From assembly GCA_049517655.1 (NCBI GenBank), contig JBEKRQ010000001.1, forward strand, positions 661,438 through 725,437: a stretch of DNA of 64,000 nucleotides. The letters run 5' to 3'. The translations under genes and the position numbers were made by a program. Of this stretch, positions 45,606 to 55,808 are shown piece after piece. The notes beneath the pieces were generated by a model. That model was not told the DNA's origin, made no database searches, and saw nothing but the letters and a program-made list of their open reading frames with translations. Source of the DNA: Verrucomicrobiota bacterium (GTDB lineage Bacteria; Verrucomicrobiota; Verrucomicrobiia; Limisphaerales; UBA11358). Position 1 is the first letter of the stretch. Each line of letters begins with the position of its first letter.

Positions 45606-46394
45606 TCATTTCCAAATTTTCCACGGAGCTTTGCCGGATTTCCAGAGGTCGTTCAAAATCTCAAATTCGCGCGGCGTGTCCATGTGATGCCAAAAGCCTT
45701 CGTGGGCATACATCATTAATTCCCCATCCCCGGCCATGTGTTGCAACGGTTCGTGTTCCAAAACCAAATCCTCACGGTCATTGAGGTAACGACCAAAAAC
45801 GCTGCTGTTAAAAATAAAAAAACCGCCGTTGACGTAGGCTGCGTTCATCTCGGGTTTTTCATCAAACTTGACAACGGAAGAACCTTTGACGACCAACTCG
45901 CCAAACCGGCTCGGTGGATGAACCCCGGTAAGAGTGGCAATCTTGCCGTGGGACTGATGAAACTTTTTGAGCGCCCCAATGTCAATGTTGCCCACGCCGT
46001 CGCCGTAAGTAAGGGCAAAAACATCCTCGGACTCCAAATAATGTCGGGCACGCCAAAGTCGCGCGCCGGTCATGGCCTTTTCTCCAGTGTCGACCAACGT
46101 GACACGCCATGGTTCGGAAGAATTTTGGCGAATAATCAGGCAGTTGGAATCGTTTCGGCTGGAGTCCGGCGTCACATCGTTGGTGTTAGCGGCGTTCTTC
46201 AGGAAAAACTCACGGATACATTCGCCTTTGTGGCCGAGAAGCAAAATGAATTCATTGCAACCATGGGCGCTGTAAAGTTTCATGATGTGCCAAAGAATCG
46301 GGTGATTGCCGATGGGCGCCATCGGTTTGGGAATGACTTCGCTTACCTCGCGAAAGCGAGTGCCTTGTCCGCCGCAGAGAATGGCTACTTTCAT
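45606..46394 (-). CDS. rfbF: Glucose-1-phosphate cytidylyltransferase-like sugar nucleotidyltransferase
   Basis: MKVAILCGGQGTRFRE...PKPMAPIGNHPILWHIMK...FWHHMDTPRE. Confidence 0.8.
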   Translation of the reverse strand: MKVAILCGGQGTRFREVSEVIPKPMAPIGNHPILWHIMKLYSAHGCNEFILLLGHKGECIREFFLKNAANTNDVTPDSSRNDSNCLIIRQNSSEPWRVTLVDTGEKAMTGARLWRARHYLESEDVFALTYGDGVGNIDIGALKKFHQSHGKIATLTGVHPPSRFGELVVKGSSVVKFDEKPEMNAAYVNGGFFIFNSSVFGRYLNDREDLVLEHEPLQHMAGDGELMMYAHEGFWHHMDTPREFEILNDLWKSGKAPWKIWK

Positions 46395-46431
46395 GCTATA
46401 ATGCCCAGGCTGCCTGATAAAATATGCGCGC

Positions 46432-47421
46432 CTACACCGGCACTGTTTCAAACCGAATGCCTCCCTCCGGCGCCGGCGGGGGCGGTACAATTTTTATAAA
46501 CAAACCGCGCCAGAAACCCAAGCCGTAAAGAATGTTTGTCAATACAATCAAGGGCAGGGCACGCGCAGCCAAAGAAAATTTGCTCCGCGCGGCAACACAA
46601 ATCGTTTGCATCAGCACAGCCGAAATGTAAAGCGCCAGTGGCAGCATAAACAGCATCCGCCATTTTGGCGAAGAGAAAATGCCGGACAAAAATGGCAACG
46701 CCAGCAAGTAGAGACAAAATAGCGGCGGAATGAAATTGGGCAGCGAGGCAAAAGTCGGATGCAGCCGGAATTGTTGGGCACGTCCGCCGCCATAATAAAG
46801 AAGCATTTTGGCGTATGCGCGAAGGTTGGCGCGCGGCCGGCGATGGACAAAGAATTCCGGGTCGTAAAGCAATTTGCCGCCCCGTTTCTGGACTCCATCC
46901 ATCATGGCATTTTCTTCATTGGGACATAATTTGGGGTCAAAGCCGACTTCAAGCACAGCGTCACGGTTTGCGATTAGATTGCAGGAAATCAATTCCTTCT
47001 CGCCGGCAGCGCGGAGTTTGCCTACGGCGCGATAACGGGCACAACTGGGACCGAATGCCAGCCAACTGCCCATGACCAGTCCCAAAACCCGCTCGAATTG
47101 CGGCGCATCCGGCGGACAAATACTCGGGCCTCCAACCATTTTCACGGTCGGGTCGGAAAAATGCTTGATTGCCCGATTCAAATTATCCGAAGGCGCAACC
47201 GAATCGTCGTCTAAAAAATAGACCAGTTCCCCGCGAACCGCCTTCAGCCCTGTGTTGCGTTTAACGCCCGGCCCAATGGACAAATCCGTGGTGCGCACAA
47301 TCACGATTTCCAGTTTCTCGCGCGGATAATCAAATTGGCGCGCGGCAGCAGCAGACTTGACCTCCGTTTTGTGCGGATGAACAGGAATGAGCACACTCAC
47401 CAAAGGCAAGTCGTTATTCAT
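46432..47421 (-). CDS. Family 2 glycosyltransferase with a C-terminal membrane region
   Basis: VSVLIPVHP..., YFLDDDS, then hydrophobic C-terminal helices. Confidence 0.7.
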   Translation of the reverse strand: MNNDLPLVSVLIPVHPHKTEVKSAAAARQFDYPREKLEIVIVRTTDLSIGPGVKRNTGLKAVRGELVYFLDDDSVAPSDNLNRAIKHFSDPTVKMVGGPSICPPDAPQFERVLGLVMGSWLAFGPSCARYRAVGKLRAAGEKELISCNLIANRDAVLEVGFDPKLCPNEENAMMDGVQKRGGKLLYDPEFFVHRRPRANLRAYAKMLLYYGGGRAQQFRLHPTFASLPNFIPPLFCLYLLALPFLSGIFSSPKWRMLFMLPLALYISAVLMQTICVAARSKFSLAARALPLIVLTNILYGLGFWRGLFIKIVPPPPAPEGGIRFETVPV

Positions 47422-47518
47422 GGCGCATAGGTTATAAAGTTTGAGATTGAGAGTTCCAAGCTAAAAACCCTTTTGCAATCCGGTTTACATCCGTGTAACA
47501 GCAGTTTGGCGTTTTTTT

Positions 47519-47546
47519 TTGACAACTCCCGGCAGTCATTTAGAGT
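47519..47546 (+). promoter_or_regulatory. Sigma-70-like promoter TTGACA-N16-TAGAGT upstream of tRNA-Ala
   Basis: ttgaca (47519-47524), a 16-nt spacer, then tagagt (47541-47546). The tRNA starts 16 nt downstream. rpsT is preceded by the identical hexamer pair and spacing. Confidence 0.45.
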
Positions 47547-47561
47547 GCTTTGGCTTTGGAT

Positions 47562-47637
47562 GGGGTCGTAGCTCAGTTGGTAGAGCACCACAATGGCATT
47601 GTGGGGGTCAGGGGTTCGAACCCCCTCGGCTCCACCA
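47562..47637 (+). tRNA. tRNA-Ala (anticodon GGC), CCA encoded
   Basis: I folded the cloverleaf by hand. Acceptor GGGGTCG/CGGCTCC includes the G3:U70 alanine identity pair. D arm GCTC-AGTTGGTA-GAGC. Anticodon arm CCACA-atGGCat-TGTGG. T arm AGGGG-TTCGAAC-CCCCT, then ACCA. Confidence 0.95.
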
Positions 47638-47670
47638 GTCTTCGCTCGGAGCGTAGGGCAGAGCGAAGAC
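47638..47670 (+). terminator. Perfect 10-bp-stem hairpin directly after the tRNA CCA end (terminator or REP-like element)
   Basis: gtcttcgctc-(13 nt: ggagcgtagggca)-gagcgaagac. No T-tract follows. Confidence 0.4.
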
Positions 47671-47866
47671 TGCCGCGCCGGAACGAAGTGAAGGCGGGCT
47701 ATAAGCGCTTAAATAACAAAGACGCTCCGGGCTTCGACTCGGCAAGCCAGAAATCATGCTCGCAGTGTGGTGATGATGAAAGTTCCCACCAATGTGCGAC
47801 TTATCATCATCGCCGTCTCCGTGGATCAACTTGTGGTGGCAAGGCGAAATGGATTTCAACCGGAAA

Positions 47867-49297
47867 TTAATGCCGCGCCAGCAACACGCCAAGCTTCAAT
47901 AATTTCCGCACATTGGCATCCGATTTTGCCTCGGCGTAAATTCGCAGCACCGGCTCCGTGCCCGAACCGCGCAACATCAGCCATGAAGAATCTTCCGCGA
48001 TAAATTTCACACCATCGAATGTCTTCATGCCAGACAACGGTGAACGCAACAGTTTTTTCGGCGGATTCTTTTTCAAGAAATCCATCAGCGCACCGCGTTT
48101 TCCTAAAGGGAAATGCATGTCAGTTCTTCCGTAGCGATGCGGACCGAATTGTTTTTCCAATTTCATCAACAGCTTGTTGACGGATTTGCGTTCGGTCGCG
48201 AGCAATTCAAGCAACATCAACCCGGCCAGGATGCCGTCGCGTTCGGGGATGTGACCGGAAAAACCGATGCCGCCGCTTTCTTCCGCGCCTAACAGCACGT
48301 TGCCCTTGAGCATCTCGGCGCAAATATACTTAAAGCCGACGCCGGTTTCGACGAGCGGCAGCCCATAGGCTGCACACATTTTGTCCACCATCGAAGTCGT
48401 CGTCAGCGCCTTCACCACACGTCCCCTGCCCTTGCGATTTACAATGAAATGATGCAGCAGTAGGCAAATGATCTGGTGTGTTGTGAGCGCTTTGCCATGA
48501 CCGTCCATGCCGCCAATGCGGTCGGCATCGCCGTCGGTCACGAGGCAAAAGTCGTGCGGATGTTTTTCAAGAAATTTTTGGCTGGGGCCGTAATTGTCTT
48601 TTATCGGCTCGGGATTGATGCCGCCGAACAAAACATCGTGCCGGGCATTGAGTGTCGTGACTTTGCAAGTCGTGCCCGCGAGCAATTTTTCAAAGCAGCC
48701 GGCGCCGACGCCGAAAAGCGCGTCGTGCGCGAAACGCAGTTTTGATTTCGTGATGAGCTTGAAGTCCACGAGTTTTTTGAGCGCGGCAAAATGCGCCGGA
48801 CGGACGTCGTGGACGGAAATTTGTCCGGTGCGAATAGCATCATCGAGTTTCACCGTGCGAACCGGATTGCAGTCGAGAAAACTTTCGACTGCTTTGCAGG
48901 TTTCAGGATCGCTTGAGCCGCCATAGTATGACTTGAGTTTGAACCCATTGAAGATTGGCGGGTTATGGCTGGCTGTAATCATCACGCCGCCGACGGCATG
49001 CAGATTTTTAACGGCGAACGAAACCGACGGTGTCGGCGTCGGCTCCGGCGTGAGAATGACTTGAAAATCGTTCCCGGCGAGAACTTCGGCAGTGCAGCGG
49101 GCGAATTGGTCGGAGAAAAACCGGCGATCGTAGCCGACGATAACCTTGAGTTCCCGCCCGAAAACTTCTGACTTCCGACTTCCGACTTCAGACTTCCAGA
49201 AGTCCGCCGTCGCCTGCGCGATGCGCGCGACATTGGCAAACGTGAAATCCTCCGCGATGACCGCCCGCCAGCCGTCCGTGCCGAATTTGATGTTCAT
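47867..49297 (-). CDS. Alpha-D-phosphohexomutase (phosphomannomutase/phosphoglucomutase family)
   Basis: MNIKFGTDGWRA..., TASHNPP (active-site Ser loop), TDGDADR (Mg site), GAEESGG. Confidence 0.85.
   Translation of the reverse strand: MNIKFGTDGWRAVIAEDFTFANVARIAQATADFWKSEVGSRKSEVFGRELKVIVGYDRRFFSDQFARCTAEVLAGNDFQVILTPEPTPTPSVSFAVKNLHAVGGVMITASHNPPIFNGFKLKSYYGGSSDPETCKAVESFLDCNPVRTVKLDDAIRTGQISVHDVRPAHFAALKKLVDFKLITKSKLRFAHDALFGVGAGCFEKLLAGTTCKVTTLNARHDVLFGGINPEPIKDNYGPSQKFLEKHPHDFCLVTDGDADRIGGMDGHGKALTTHQIICLLLHHFIVNRKGRGRVVKALTTTSMVDKMCAAYGLPLVETGVGFKYICAEMLKGNVLLGAEESGGIGFSGHIPERDGILAGLMLLELLATERKSVNKLLMKLEKQFGPHRYGRTDMHFPLGKRGALMDFLKKNPPKKLLRSPLSGMKTFDGVKFIAEDSSWLMLRGSGTEPVLRIYAEAKSDANVRKLLKLGVLLARH
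49165..49204. repeat. Heptamer tract (CTTCYGA)x5 ending in a short palindrome, in frame inside the phosphohexomutase gene
   Basis: cttctga cttccga cttccga cttcaga cttccag aagtc. Encodes ...DFWKSEVGSRKSEVFG... on the minus strand. Confidence 0.7.
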
Positions 49298-49307
49298 ACT
49301 GCGAAAG

Positions 49308-49991
49308 TCAAAGCTTCAAATCCGCCAGCGCTGGGTCATTCGCGTTGATAATTTGACGCATTTTTTTGACGGCGGCGCGGAGATTGTGCGCATGGAATAA
49401 GGTCGTGCCGCTGACAAATGTGTCCGCGCCGGCGCGCGCACATTCGGCGGCGGTCTGGAAATCGACACCACCGTCCACGGCGATGCGATACGGCAGCTTC
49501 TTTTCGCGCCGCCATGCCTCGGCCTGCTGGATTTTCGGCAGCATTTCGTGGATGAATTTCTGTCCGCCGAATCCGGGGTTGACGGTCAATACGAGCAGCA
49601 GGTCAATCCGGTCGAGATATGGCTGAATCTCGGCGATACCCGTGGGCGGATTGACGGCGAGACCGACTTTTTTGCCGAGTGATTTGATTTTCCAAATGAG
49701 CGGCCCGACTTGTTCGCCGAGTTCGACGTGAATGATAATTTCATCCGCGCCGACCCTAGCGAAAGTTTCCAGTAAAATTTCCGGGCGCGAGCACATGAGA
49801 TGAACGTCGAAAAACTTTTTCGTAAGCGGTCGGACTGCGCGAACGACTTCGGGGCCGAAGGAAATGTTGCGTACAAAATGACCGTCCATGATATCGAAGT
49901 GCAGCCAGTCGGCGCCGGAACGATCAATGCGGATAGCTTCACGGGCAAAGTGTCCGTGATTGGCCGCCAGCAGCGAGGGCGCGATTATCAT
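49308..49991 (-). CDS. rpe: Ribulose-phosphate 3-epimerase
   Basis: MIIAPSLLAAN...DWLHFDIMDGHFV.NISFG...HLM...VLTVNPGFGGQKF. The internal ATG at 49991 is preferred. Confidence 0.9.
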   Translation of the reverse strand: MIIAPSLLAANHGHFAREAIRIDRSGADWLHFDIMDGHFVRNISFGPEVVRAVRPLTKKFFDVHLMCSRPEILLETFARVGADEIIIHVELGEQVGPLIWKIKSLGKKVGLAVNPPTGIAEIQPYLDRIDLLLVLTVNPGFGGQKFIHEMLPKIQQAEAWRREKKLPYRIAVDGGVDFQTAAECARAGADTFVSGTTLFHAHNLRAAVKKMRQIINANDPALADLKL

Positions 49992-50046
49992 GCGCAAAAT
50001 GTAAACGAATAGTGCGGCAAAGAAAAGTTGAAAAGATGCGCGTCGC

Positions 50047-53000
50047 TCAAATTTGTTTGCCATCGAGGCAGCGGCGCACGGTCAGCGCGAGCATTTGCGG
50101 ATGGTAGGGCTTCTGCAAAAAGTTCAGTTCCGGATCCAATTTAAAATCCTTGCCAACGATGTCGGCGCTGTAACCGCTGGTGTAAATGACTTTGAGGTCC
50201 GGACGCTCGCTGCACAATTTTTCCGCCAGTTCGCGACCATTCATGTTATCGGGCATCACCAAATCAGTAAGCAGGAGGGCGATTTCGTCCTTGTAATCAC
50301 GCCAGATTTCAATGGCCTCAACTCCGTTGCCCGCCGACAAAACCTTGTAACCGTATTTGCCCAACACTCGTGAGACGAGTTCGCAGAGGGGCAGTTCATC
50401 TTCGACGAGCAAAATGGTTTCGTTGCCGCCGCGAACGCTGATTTGTGTCGTCAGTTTTTCCTTCACGCTCACCTCCGAGCCGGCGTAGGGAATGTAAATG
50501 CGAAATGTCGTGCCCTTGTCAACCTGGCTGTCCACTTCAATCCATCCTTGGTGTTGCTTTATAATGCCATAGACAGTCGCCAATCCGAGACCGGTGCCTT
50601 TGCCAATCTCTTTCGTGGTAAAAAATGGCTCGAAGATTCGGTGTAAATTTTCCGGCGCAATGCCAATCCCAGTGTCCGTAATGCTCAGACAAACGAAACG
50701 TCCGGCGTGTGATTCGGACTGTTCGCTACTGTAAGCTTCATCCACATCCATAACGGCAATGCGGATGGCGAGCTGGCCACCTTTGGGCATGGCATCACGC
50801 GAGTTGACAGCGAGGTTCAACAACACCTGTTCCAGCATGCTGGCGTCGGCTTCGACCGTTGGCGGTGGTTGACAATAATTTAATTGCAACGCCACGTCCT
50901 CGCCCAAAAGCCGGCCGAGCATGTTTGTCATGTTGCTGACGACCCTGTTCATGTCCAACCGTTTGGGTTGGATGAGTTGGCGCCGGCTGAAGGTGAGCAA
51001 TTGCCGTGTTAAACCGGCGGCGCGTTCGGCGGCCTGGACAATTTGCTGTGCGGACTTTCCGGCCGTTTCGGAGAGATCGGCCGCCATGAGCAATGCGGCG
51101 TGCCCCTGAATGACGGTTAAAATGTTGTTGAAATCGTGCGCGACACCGCCGGCGAGCTGGCCAATGGCTTCCATTTTTTGCGATTGCCGCAATTGCTCCT
51201 CCAACTGCCGCTGCGTCGTGACGTCGCGGAACAGGCTCAGCATCAGCAACGGGCGTTCATGGAGCTTGATGAACGAGTCAATAATTTCCAACGTGACTGT
51301 GTTCCCATTGTGCAAAACATACTGGCGCTCACGCCTGTGCCGGGGATTGGGGTTAAGAAAGGATTCACGGTGCTGCTCGAGCATTTTCCCCCGATCCTCG
51401 GACACAGCGTAAATCACCGTAAATGGCTGGCCTTCCAAAGCCTGTGCCTCCATGCCAACCAACCGGCAAAACGCGTCGTTGACGGCAACGATGATGCCGT
51501 CTTCATTGGCCAGCCGCAGACCGGTCACTGAATTTTGCCAGACGGAGCGGAATAACATTTCCGAACTTTGCAAGGCTGCTTCGGCTTCGCGACGCTCGGT
51601 GATATCGTGCACGTGCAGCAACAGGGCCGGTTGTCCGCCGTATTCAATACGACTGGCACGGACCTCCACCGGCGTGGCACGCCCTTCAACGGTCAGGCTT
51701 TCACTCTCAGCCCGCGACCATTTGCCGGTCGCCATTTTTTCAAAATCGCGGCGGGCCTCCTCACGGCGGGCGGGTGGAACGAGATCATCGAAAACGTTTT
51801 TGCCAATCAACTGGTCGCGCATCAACCCGTGCAGAATACAGGCGGCAAGATTCACATCCAACACGGTCCCGTTCAAGTCCTCGACAAAAATGGCGTCAGG
51901 GGAATTTTCAAAGAGGTCGTGGAATCGTCGCTGGCTCTCGCGCAACGCTTCCTCGGCATGAACACGTTCGAGAGCGCCACTGCACTCATCGGCCAGCGTC
52001 TGCAGCGTTTCCAAATCCCGGTCGGTATAGGCCCCTGGTACGCGACTTTGGACAAATAAAACGCCGATAACGCGGTCGCCCTTCTGGATCGGCACGAGCA
52101 TTGCAGCGGCGGACTGGCCATTGGGGCCGGAAGTCTCCACCAGCTCTGCTCCCTTGCTGATGACGCGCCGAATGAGGGCATTTCCGCTCCTTGGCTCTGC
52201 CGACGAAGGAATTTCGACCCGCTTATTGTTCACCGTGGTGATATTGAGCAAAGAGAAAACCTCGTCCTTCTCTGATGAATACGAATCGAGCGTGAAATCA
52301 TCCCACTCGAAAAGTGCGTCGGAGGCTTCGCAAATGATCATCGCCGCTTCGGAAGCTGTGATGGCAGAACTCAGGCGGTGGCTGAGTTTCGAAAAGACTT
52401 CATCGTGATGTTCGCTGCGGAGGCGCTGGGTGATATCAGTGATCATTATCAAGGCGGCAAAACGGTTCTGAAACACCATCGGAGTCCAGGTGACTTCGAC
52501 ATCTATCAAGGTGCCGTCCTTGCGCCGATGCTTCCAGATGCGGCCATGTCCCATATTGCTTAATGCGGTGTCTTCCCAGTGGACATCTTTCTCCGTCTGG
52601 CGAAGATCCGACATTTTCATTGCCAGAAATTCTTCACGCGAATAGCCGTAATGTTGAATGGCGCTTTCGTTGACTTCCAACAACTCGAGGGTTTCGAGAT
52701 CAAAAACCCACATCGGATTCGGGTTATCCTGAAAAAGCAGGCGGTATTGCTTCTCGCTGTTGCGCAGTGCCTCCTCGACGCGCCAACGGTCGGTCACGTC
52801 GCGCCAATTGGTGACCAAACCGGCGATTCCGGGGTCTTGCAAGCGATTCTGGCCGACGATTTCCAAGTGTTTCCAGACACCGTCCTTTTTTTGATAGCGA
52901 AGTTGAATTTTTATCATGCGCTCCGGATGCTCGAGCGCAAATTGGAGCATCTGTCGGGCTAGGGGTAAATCATCAGGATACACATACCTAAGGGAATCTG

Positions 53001-53553
53001 TCCCGCGCAATTCATCCGACGTATAGCCCAGTACATGCTCTATCGAAGGACTGGTGTAGAGGAAACGCCCTTCCCGGCTCAAAATGCAAAGAATGTCGAG
53101 CGAACCTTCTGTGAGTGTGCGAAAATACTTTTCGCGTCGAACCAACTCCGTTTCCGCCTGCCTCCGTTTGGCGTGCTCACTGGCTTCCTGCACGGCACGG
53201 CGGATCGCCGGGGCCAGCCGCTTCGGACTTTGCTTAAGCACGTAATCAATCGCCCCTGCCTTCAGGCTTTCAATCGCAGCGCGTTCACCAATGGTGCCGG
53301 AAACGAGAATGAACGGTATGTCGGGATATTTTTTTTGAACAAACGCCAGCGCCTCCAAACCTGTGAAGCCCGGCAACCGGAAATCCGCCAGAATGGTATC
53401 AAACGTCTCACTGTTCAACGATGCCTCAAATTCCGCGCGATCAGCCACACGCTTGATATCGGCGCTTAATTTGTCCTGCTGAAGAAGCGAATGAACCAGT
53501 TCGACAAAATCCGGGTCATCTTCGAGATAAAGAATGCGCAAGGGCTTATTCAT
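50047..53553 (-). CDS. Hybrid sensor histidine kinase: N-terminal receiver, multiple PAS (and GAF-like) domains, HisKA/HATPase, C-terminal receiver
   Basis: REC: ILYLEDDP...[10 protein letters not shown]-box: [14 protein letters not shown]. ATPase: [23 protein letters not shown]2: ILLVEDE...LLLTDLVMP. Confidence 0.85.
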   Translation of the reverse strand: MNKPLRILYLEDDPDFVELVHSLLQQDKLSADIKRVADRAEFEASLNSETFDTILADFRLPGFTGLEALAFVQKKYPDIPFILVSGTIGERAAIESLKAGAIDYVLKQSPKRLAPAIRRAVQEASEHAKRRQAETELVRREKYFRTLTEGSLDILCILSREGRFLYTSPSIEHVLGYTSDELRGTDSLRYVYPDDLPLARQMLQFALEHPERMIKIQLRYQKKDGVWKHLEIVGQNRLQDPGIAGLVTNWRDVTDRWRVEEALRNSEKQYRLLFQDNPNPMWVFDLETLELLEVNESAIQHYGYSREEFLAMKMSDLRQTEKDVHWEDTALSNMGHGRIWKHRRKDGTLIDVEVTWTPMVFQNRFAALIMITDITQRLRSEHHDEVFSKLSHRLSSAITASEAAMIICEASDALFEWDDFTLDSYSSEKDEVFSLLNITTVNNKRVEIPSSAEPRSGNALIRRVISKGAELVETSGPNGQSAAAMLVPIQKGDRVIGVLFVQSRVPGAYTDRDLETLQTLADECSGALERVHAEEALRESQRRFHDLFENSPDAIFVEDLNGTVLDVNLAACILHGLMRDQLIGKNVFDDLVPPARREEARRDFEKMATGKWSRAESESLTVEGRATPVEVRASRIEYGGQPALLLHVHDITERREAEAALQSSEMLFRSVWQNSVTGLRLANEDGIIVAVNDAFCRLVGMEAQALEGQPFTVIYAVSEDRGKMLEQHRESFLNPNPRHRRERQYVLHNGNTVTLEIIDSFIKLHERPLLMLSLFRDVTTQRQLEEQLRQSQKMEAIGQLAGGVAHDFNNILTVIQGHAALLMAADLSETAGKSAQQIVQAAERAAGLTRQLLTFSRRQLIQPKRLDMNRVVSNMTNMLGRLLGEDVALQLNYCQPPPTVEADASMLEQVLLNLAVNSRDAMPKGGQLAIRIAVMDVDEAYSSEQSESHAGRFVCLSITDTGIGIAPENLHRIFEPFFTTKEIGKGTGLGLATVYGIIKQHQGWIEVDSQVDKGTTFRIYIPYAGSEVSVKEKLTTQISVRGGNETILLVEDELPLCELVSRVLGKYGYKVLSAGNGVEAIEIWRDYKDEIALLLTDLVMPDNMNGRELAEKLCSERPDLKVIYTSGYSADIVGKDFKLDPELNFLQKPYHPQMLALTVRRCLDGKQI

Positions 53554-53726
53554 TTTGCCACCGGTCCTGTAGCATTAGTCTGACGTCATTTCAATCAATT
53601 CTTCAATTGTTCGGGCATTATCAGCAATTCCCGCACCACGCTGGTATTGTGGCAAATATGAAATAAACTTTGCAAAGGTTACACGCAGCTGACACACAGA
53701 TCCAGGGGAGCGGGATGGTTTCAACG

Positions 53727-53754
53727 TTGACATTCGTGCGCGTTTGATTAGAGT
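53727..53754 (+). promoter_or_regulatory. Sigma-70-like promoter TTGACA-N16-TAGAGT upstream of rpsT
   Basis: ttgaca (53727-53732), a 16-nt spacer, then tagagt (53749-53754). The ATG lies 38 nt downstream. Confidence 0.45.
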
Positions 53755-53791
53755 CGCGCACCTTTTAAAGAACGAAACGCAGATTCAACCT

Positions 53792-54055
53792 ATGCCGAAC
53801 ACGAAGTCAGCCGAACGCCGGATGCGCGGGAATGAACGCAAACATTTGCACAATCGCAGTGTCAAATCGCACCTGCACCGTCTTGAAAAAGATTATCGTG
53901 CGCTCCTCGCCGCCGGCAAGAAGGAGGAGGCGGTGAATTTTTCCCCGGGCGTCTATTCCGCTTTTGACAAGGCCGTCAAATCCGGTGTGTTGTCCCGCCC
54001 TGCGGTAAACCGCAAGAAATCCCGCCTCGCCACCGCGCTTAATGGCGCGAGGTAA
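53792..54055 (+). CDS. rpsT: 30S ribosomal protein S20
   Basis: MPNTKSAERRMRGNERKHLHNRSVKS...AFDKAVKSGVL. Confidence 0.9.
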   Translation: MPNTKSAERRMRGNERKHLHNRSVKSHLHRLEKDYRALLAAGKKEEAVNFSPGVYSAFDKAVKSGVLSRPAVNRKKSRLATALNGAR

Positions 54056-54791
54056 ACAGTTCCGACCGCAACAATCCCATTTTCGCCAGCCGGAATTTCA
54101 GTCCAACGGCAAGACACTCAAGGCCGTATTTGAGGCTGCGGCGGAAATTGATCGAAGACGCTTCGGCAAAATACTTTGTTGGACAACTCACTTCGGCAAT
54201 CGTGAATCCGTGCCAGAGAATTTGTGCGAGCATCTGGTTGTCGAAAACAAAGTCGTCGGAATTTTTCGCCAAGTCGAGCGTCTCCAAAATTTCCCGCGAA
54301 AACGCGCGGTATCCAGTGTGGTATTCAGAAAGCTTTGCGCCGAGCAACAGATTTTCCACGAAAGTCAGAAAACGGTTTGGAATGTATTTCCAAACCGGCA
54401 TCCCTCCTTTCAGCGCATAACCGCCCAGAATACGGCTGCCCAGCACGCACGGGTGCAGTCCATTGGCGATAATCGAGGCCATCGCCGGAATCAGTTTGGG
54501 GGTGTATTGATAATCCGGGTGAATCATGATGATAATGTCCGCACCCATTTCAAGCGCCAGCCGATAGCAGGTCTTCTGATTGCCTCCGTAACCTTTGTTC
54601 ACCTCGTGTACGTAAACGTGCACGCCTTCGAGTGAGCGCGCAATCGCAACAGTCTCATCACGGCTGCAGTCGTCCACGAGAATGACTTCGTCCACGATGC
54701 TCTGCTCCCGCACTTCATTATAGGTCTGGCGCAATGTTTGCGCCGCGTTGTAGGCGGGCAGTACCACGACAATTTTCTTTCCTGAATACAT
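54039..54791 (-). CDS. Family 2 glycosyltransferase (dolichyl/polyprenyl-phosphate sugar synthase-like)
   Basis: KIVVVLPAYNAAQTL...VILVDDCSRDET...IIMIHPDYQY. The internal ATG at 54791 is preferred. Confidence 0.8.
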   Translation of the reverse strand: MYSGKKIVVVLPAYNAAQTLRQTYNEVREQSIVDEVILVDDCSRDETVAIARSLEGVHVYVHEVNKGYGGNQKTCYRLALEMGADIIIMIHPDYQYTPKLIPAMASIIANGLHPCVLGSRILGGYALKGGMPVWKYIPNRFLTFVENLLLGAKLSEYHTGYRAFSREILETLDLAKNSDDFVFDNQMLAQILWHGFTIAEVSCPTKYFAEASSINFRRSLKYGLECLAVGLKFRLAKMGLLRSELFTSRH

Positions 54792-54938
54792 TGGCTCCGG
54801 ATTTTGCGCATATCGTGCCCCAATTTTTCGAAATCCAGAAGCGAAAACTGTCATGCCAGCATGGATTTTGACATTTACTGCCTTTAGTCGAAATAATTTA
54901 TACAAATTCACCGGTCTTGGTGTCTATGAGATGAAACC

Positions 54939-55490
54939 GTGGACAGCGACGAACAGGTTGATTGGCGCGAACAGCTTTACGATGCGAAAGCCGCAGAGTT
55001 GATTCTCTATGGCCGCGCGCTGGGGCTTAGCCATGTCGAGGCGGAAGACGTCCTGCAGGAAACATTTCTTGCACTGATGCAAAATCCCCAAATTCCCGCC
55101 AACGCCGAACATTACTGCTTGCGCAGTTTCCGGAATTGCGCATTGAATCACCGGCGTTCGCTGTGGCGTCGCCTGACGCGCGAACTGGAATCGCAACGTT
55201 GGTTTGAGAAGTCTCCGTCGGAAAATCCCGCCGAGCGAGCGGTGATGTGTTGTCTCACTGAATTGCCGGCGGAGCAGCGTGAAGTGATCGTGCTGAAAAT
55301 CTGGCACCAATTCACGTTCGAGGAAATTGGCGCACTGATGGAAACATCGCCGAACACGGCTGCGGGCCGTTACCGTTACGGCTTGCAAAAAATCAAACCT
55401 CGATTGGAAGGAACCGTTTATGAAAGAGATGAACTTGCCGGAGACACAATTGCGTTTGTGGCGGCCGCGCCGCCCCTCGGCGGGACTTAA
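54939..55490 (+). CDS. ECF-type sigma-70 family RNA polymerase sigma factor
   Basis: Region 2 (EAEDVLQETFLALM) and region 4 (LPAEQREVIVLKIWHQFTFEEIGALMETSPNTAAGRYRYGLQKI). GTG start. Confidence 0.8.
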   Translation: MDSDEQVDWREQLYDAKAAELILYGRALGLSHVEAEDVLQETFLALMQNPQIPANAEHYCLRSFRNCALNHRRSLWRRLTRELESQRWFEKSPSENPAERAVMCCLTELPAEQREVIVLKIWHQFTFEEIGALMETSPNTAAGRYRYGLQKIKPRLEGTVYERDELAGDTIAFVAAAPPLGGT

Positions 55491-55800
55491 GCAACGCATC
55501 TTTATCGCGCGAATCGCAAGCTTGCCTCAAATTACACGGGCTTTGGGCTGGCTCACGCCGGCAACCGCCTGTGTGCTGCTCGCTTTCCTGGTTCTTAATT
55601 CAGAAAACACCGCTGCCATCAGCGCATCCCGTCAGGAACCGATTCTCGCTACGATAATGAGCAATCAAAGCTACGCCGCGTATCTCGTCAATCATCGGAT
55701 GGGGCAAAATGATTTGTCTGCCGTCACTTTTGAGTGGACAAATCGCAGCGGTTCGACTTCAAGTATGGGCTTTCCCCGGTTCGGAAAGCCGTTGAACTGA
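55420..55800 (+). CDS. Putative single-pass anti-sigma factor
   Basis: Short cytoplasmic N-terminus, then one TM helix (WLTPATACVLLAFLVL). Position is immediately after and overlapping the ECF sigma gene. Confidence 0.45.
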   Translation: MKEMNLPETQLRLWRPRRPSAGLKQRIFIARIASLPQITRALGWLTPATACVLLAFLVLNSENTAAISASRQEPILATIMSNQSYAAYLVNHRMGQNDLSAVTFEWTNRSGSTSSMGFPRFGKPLN

Positions 55801-55808
55801 CGTCGAAA

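Noticed and set aside
47550-47892. ORFs 47550-47870(+) and 47608-47892(-) around the tRNA.
   Set aside because: They overlap a hand-folded canonical tRNA-Ala and its downstream hairpin. They have no coding-like composition.
54039-54055. Convergent gene-end overlaps (rpsT/GT2 by 17 nt; rsmE/DUF185 methyltransferase at 62325-62350 by 26 nt) and the 71-nt sigma/anti-sigma overlap, considered as possible regulatory antisense arrangements.
   Set aside because: Short 3'-end overlaps are common in compact bacterial genomes. The sigma/anti-sigma overlap may simply reflect an uncertain anti-sigma start codon. There is nothing further to support a special mechanism.
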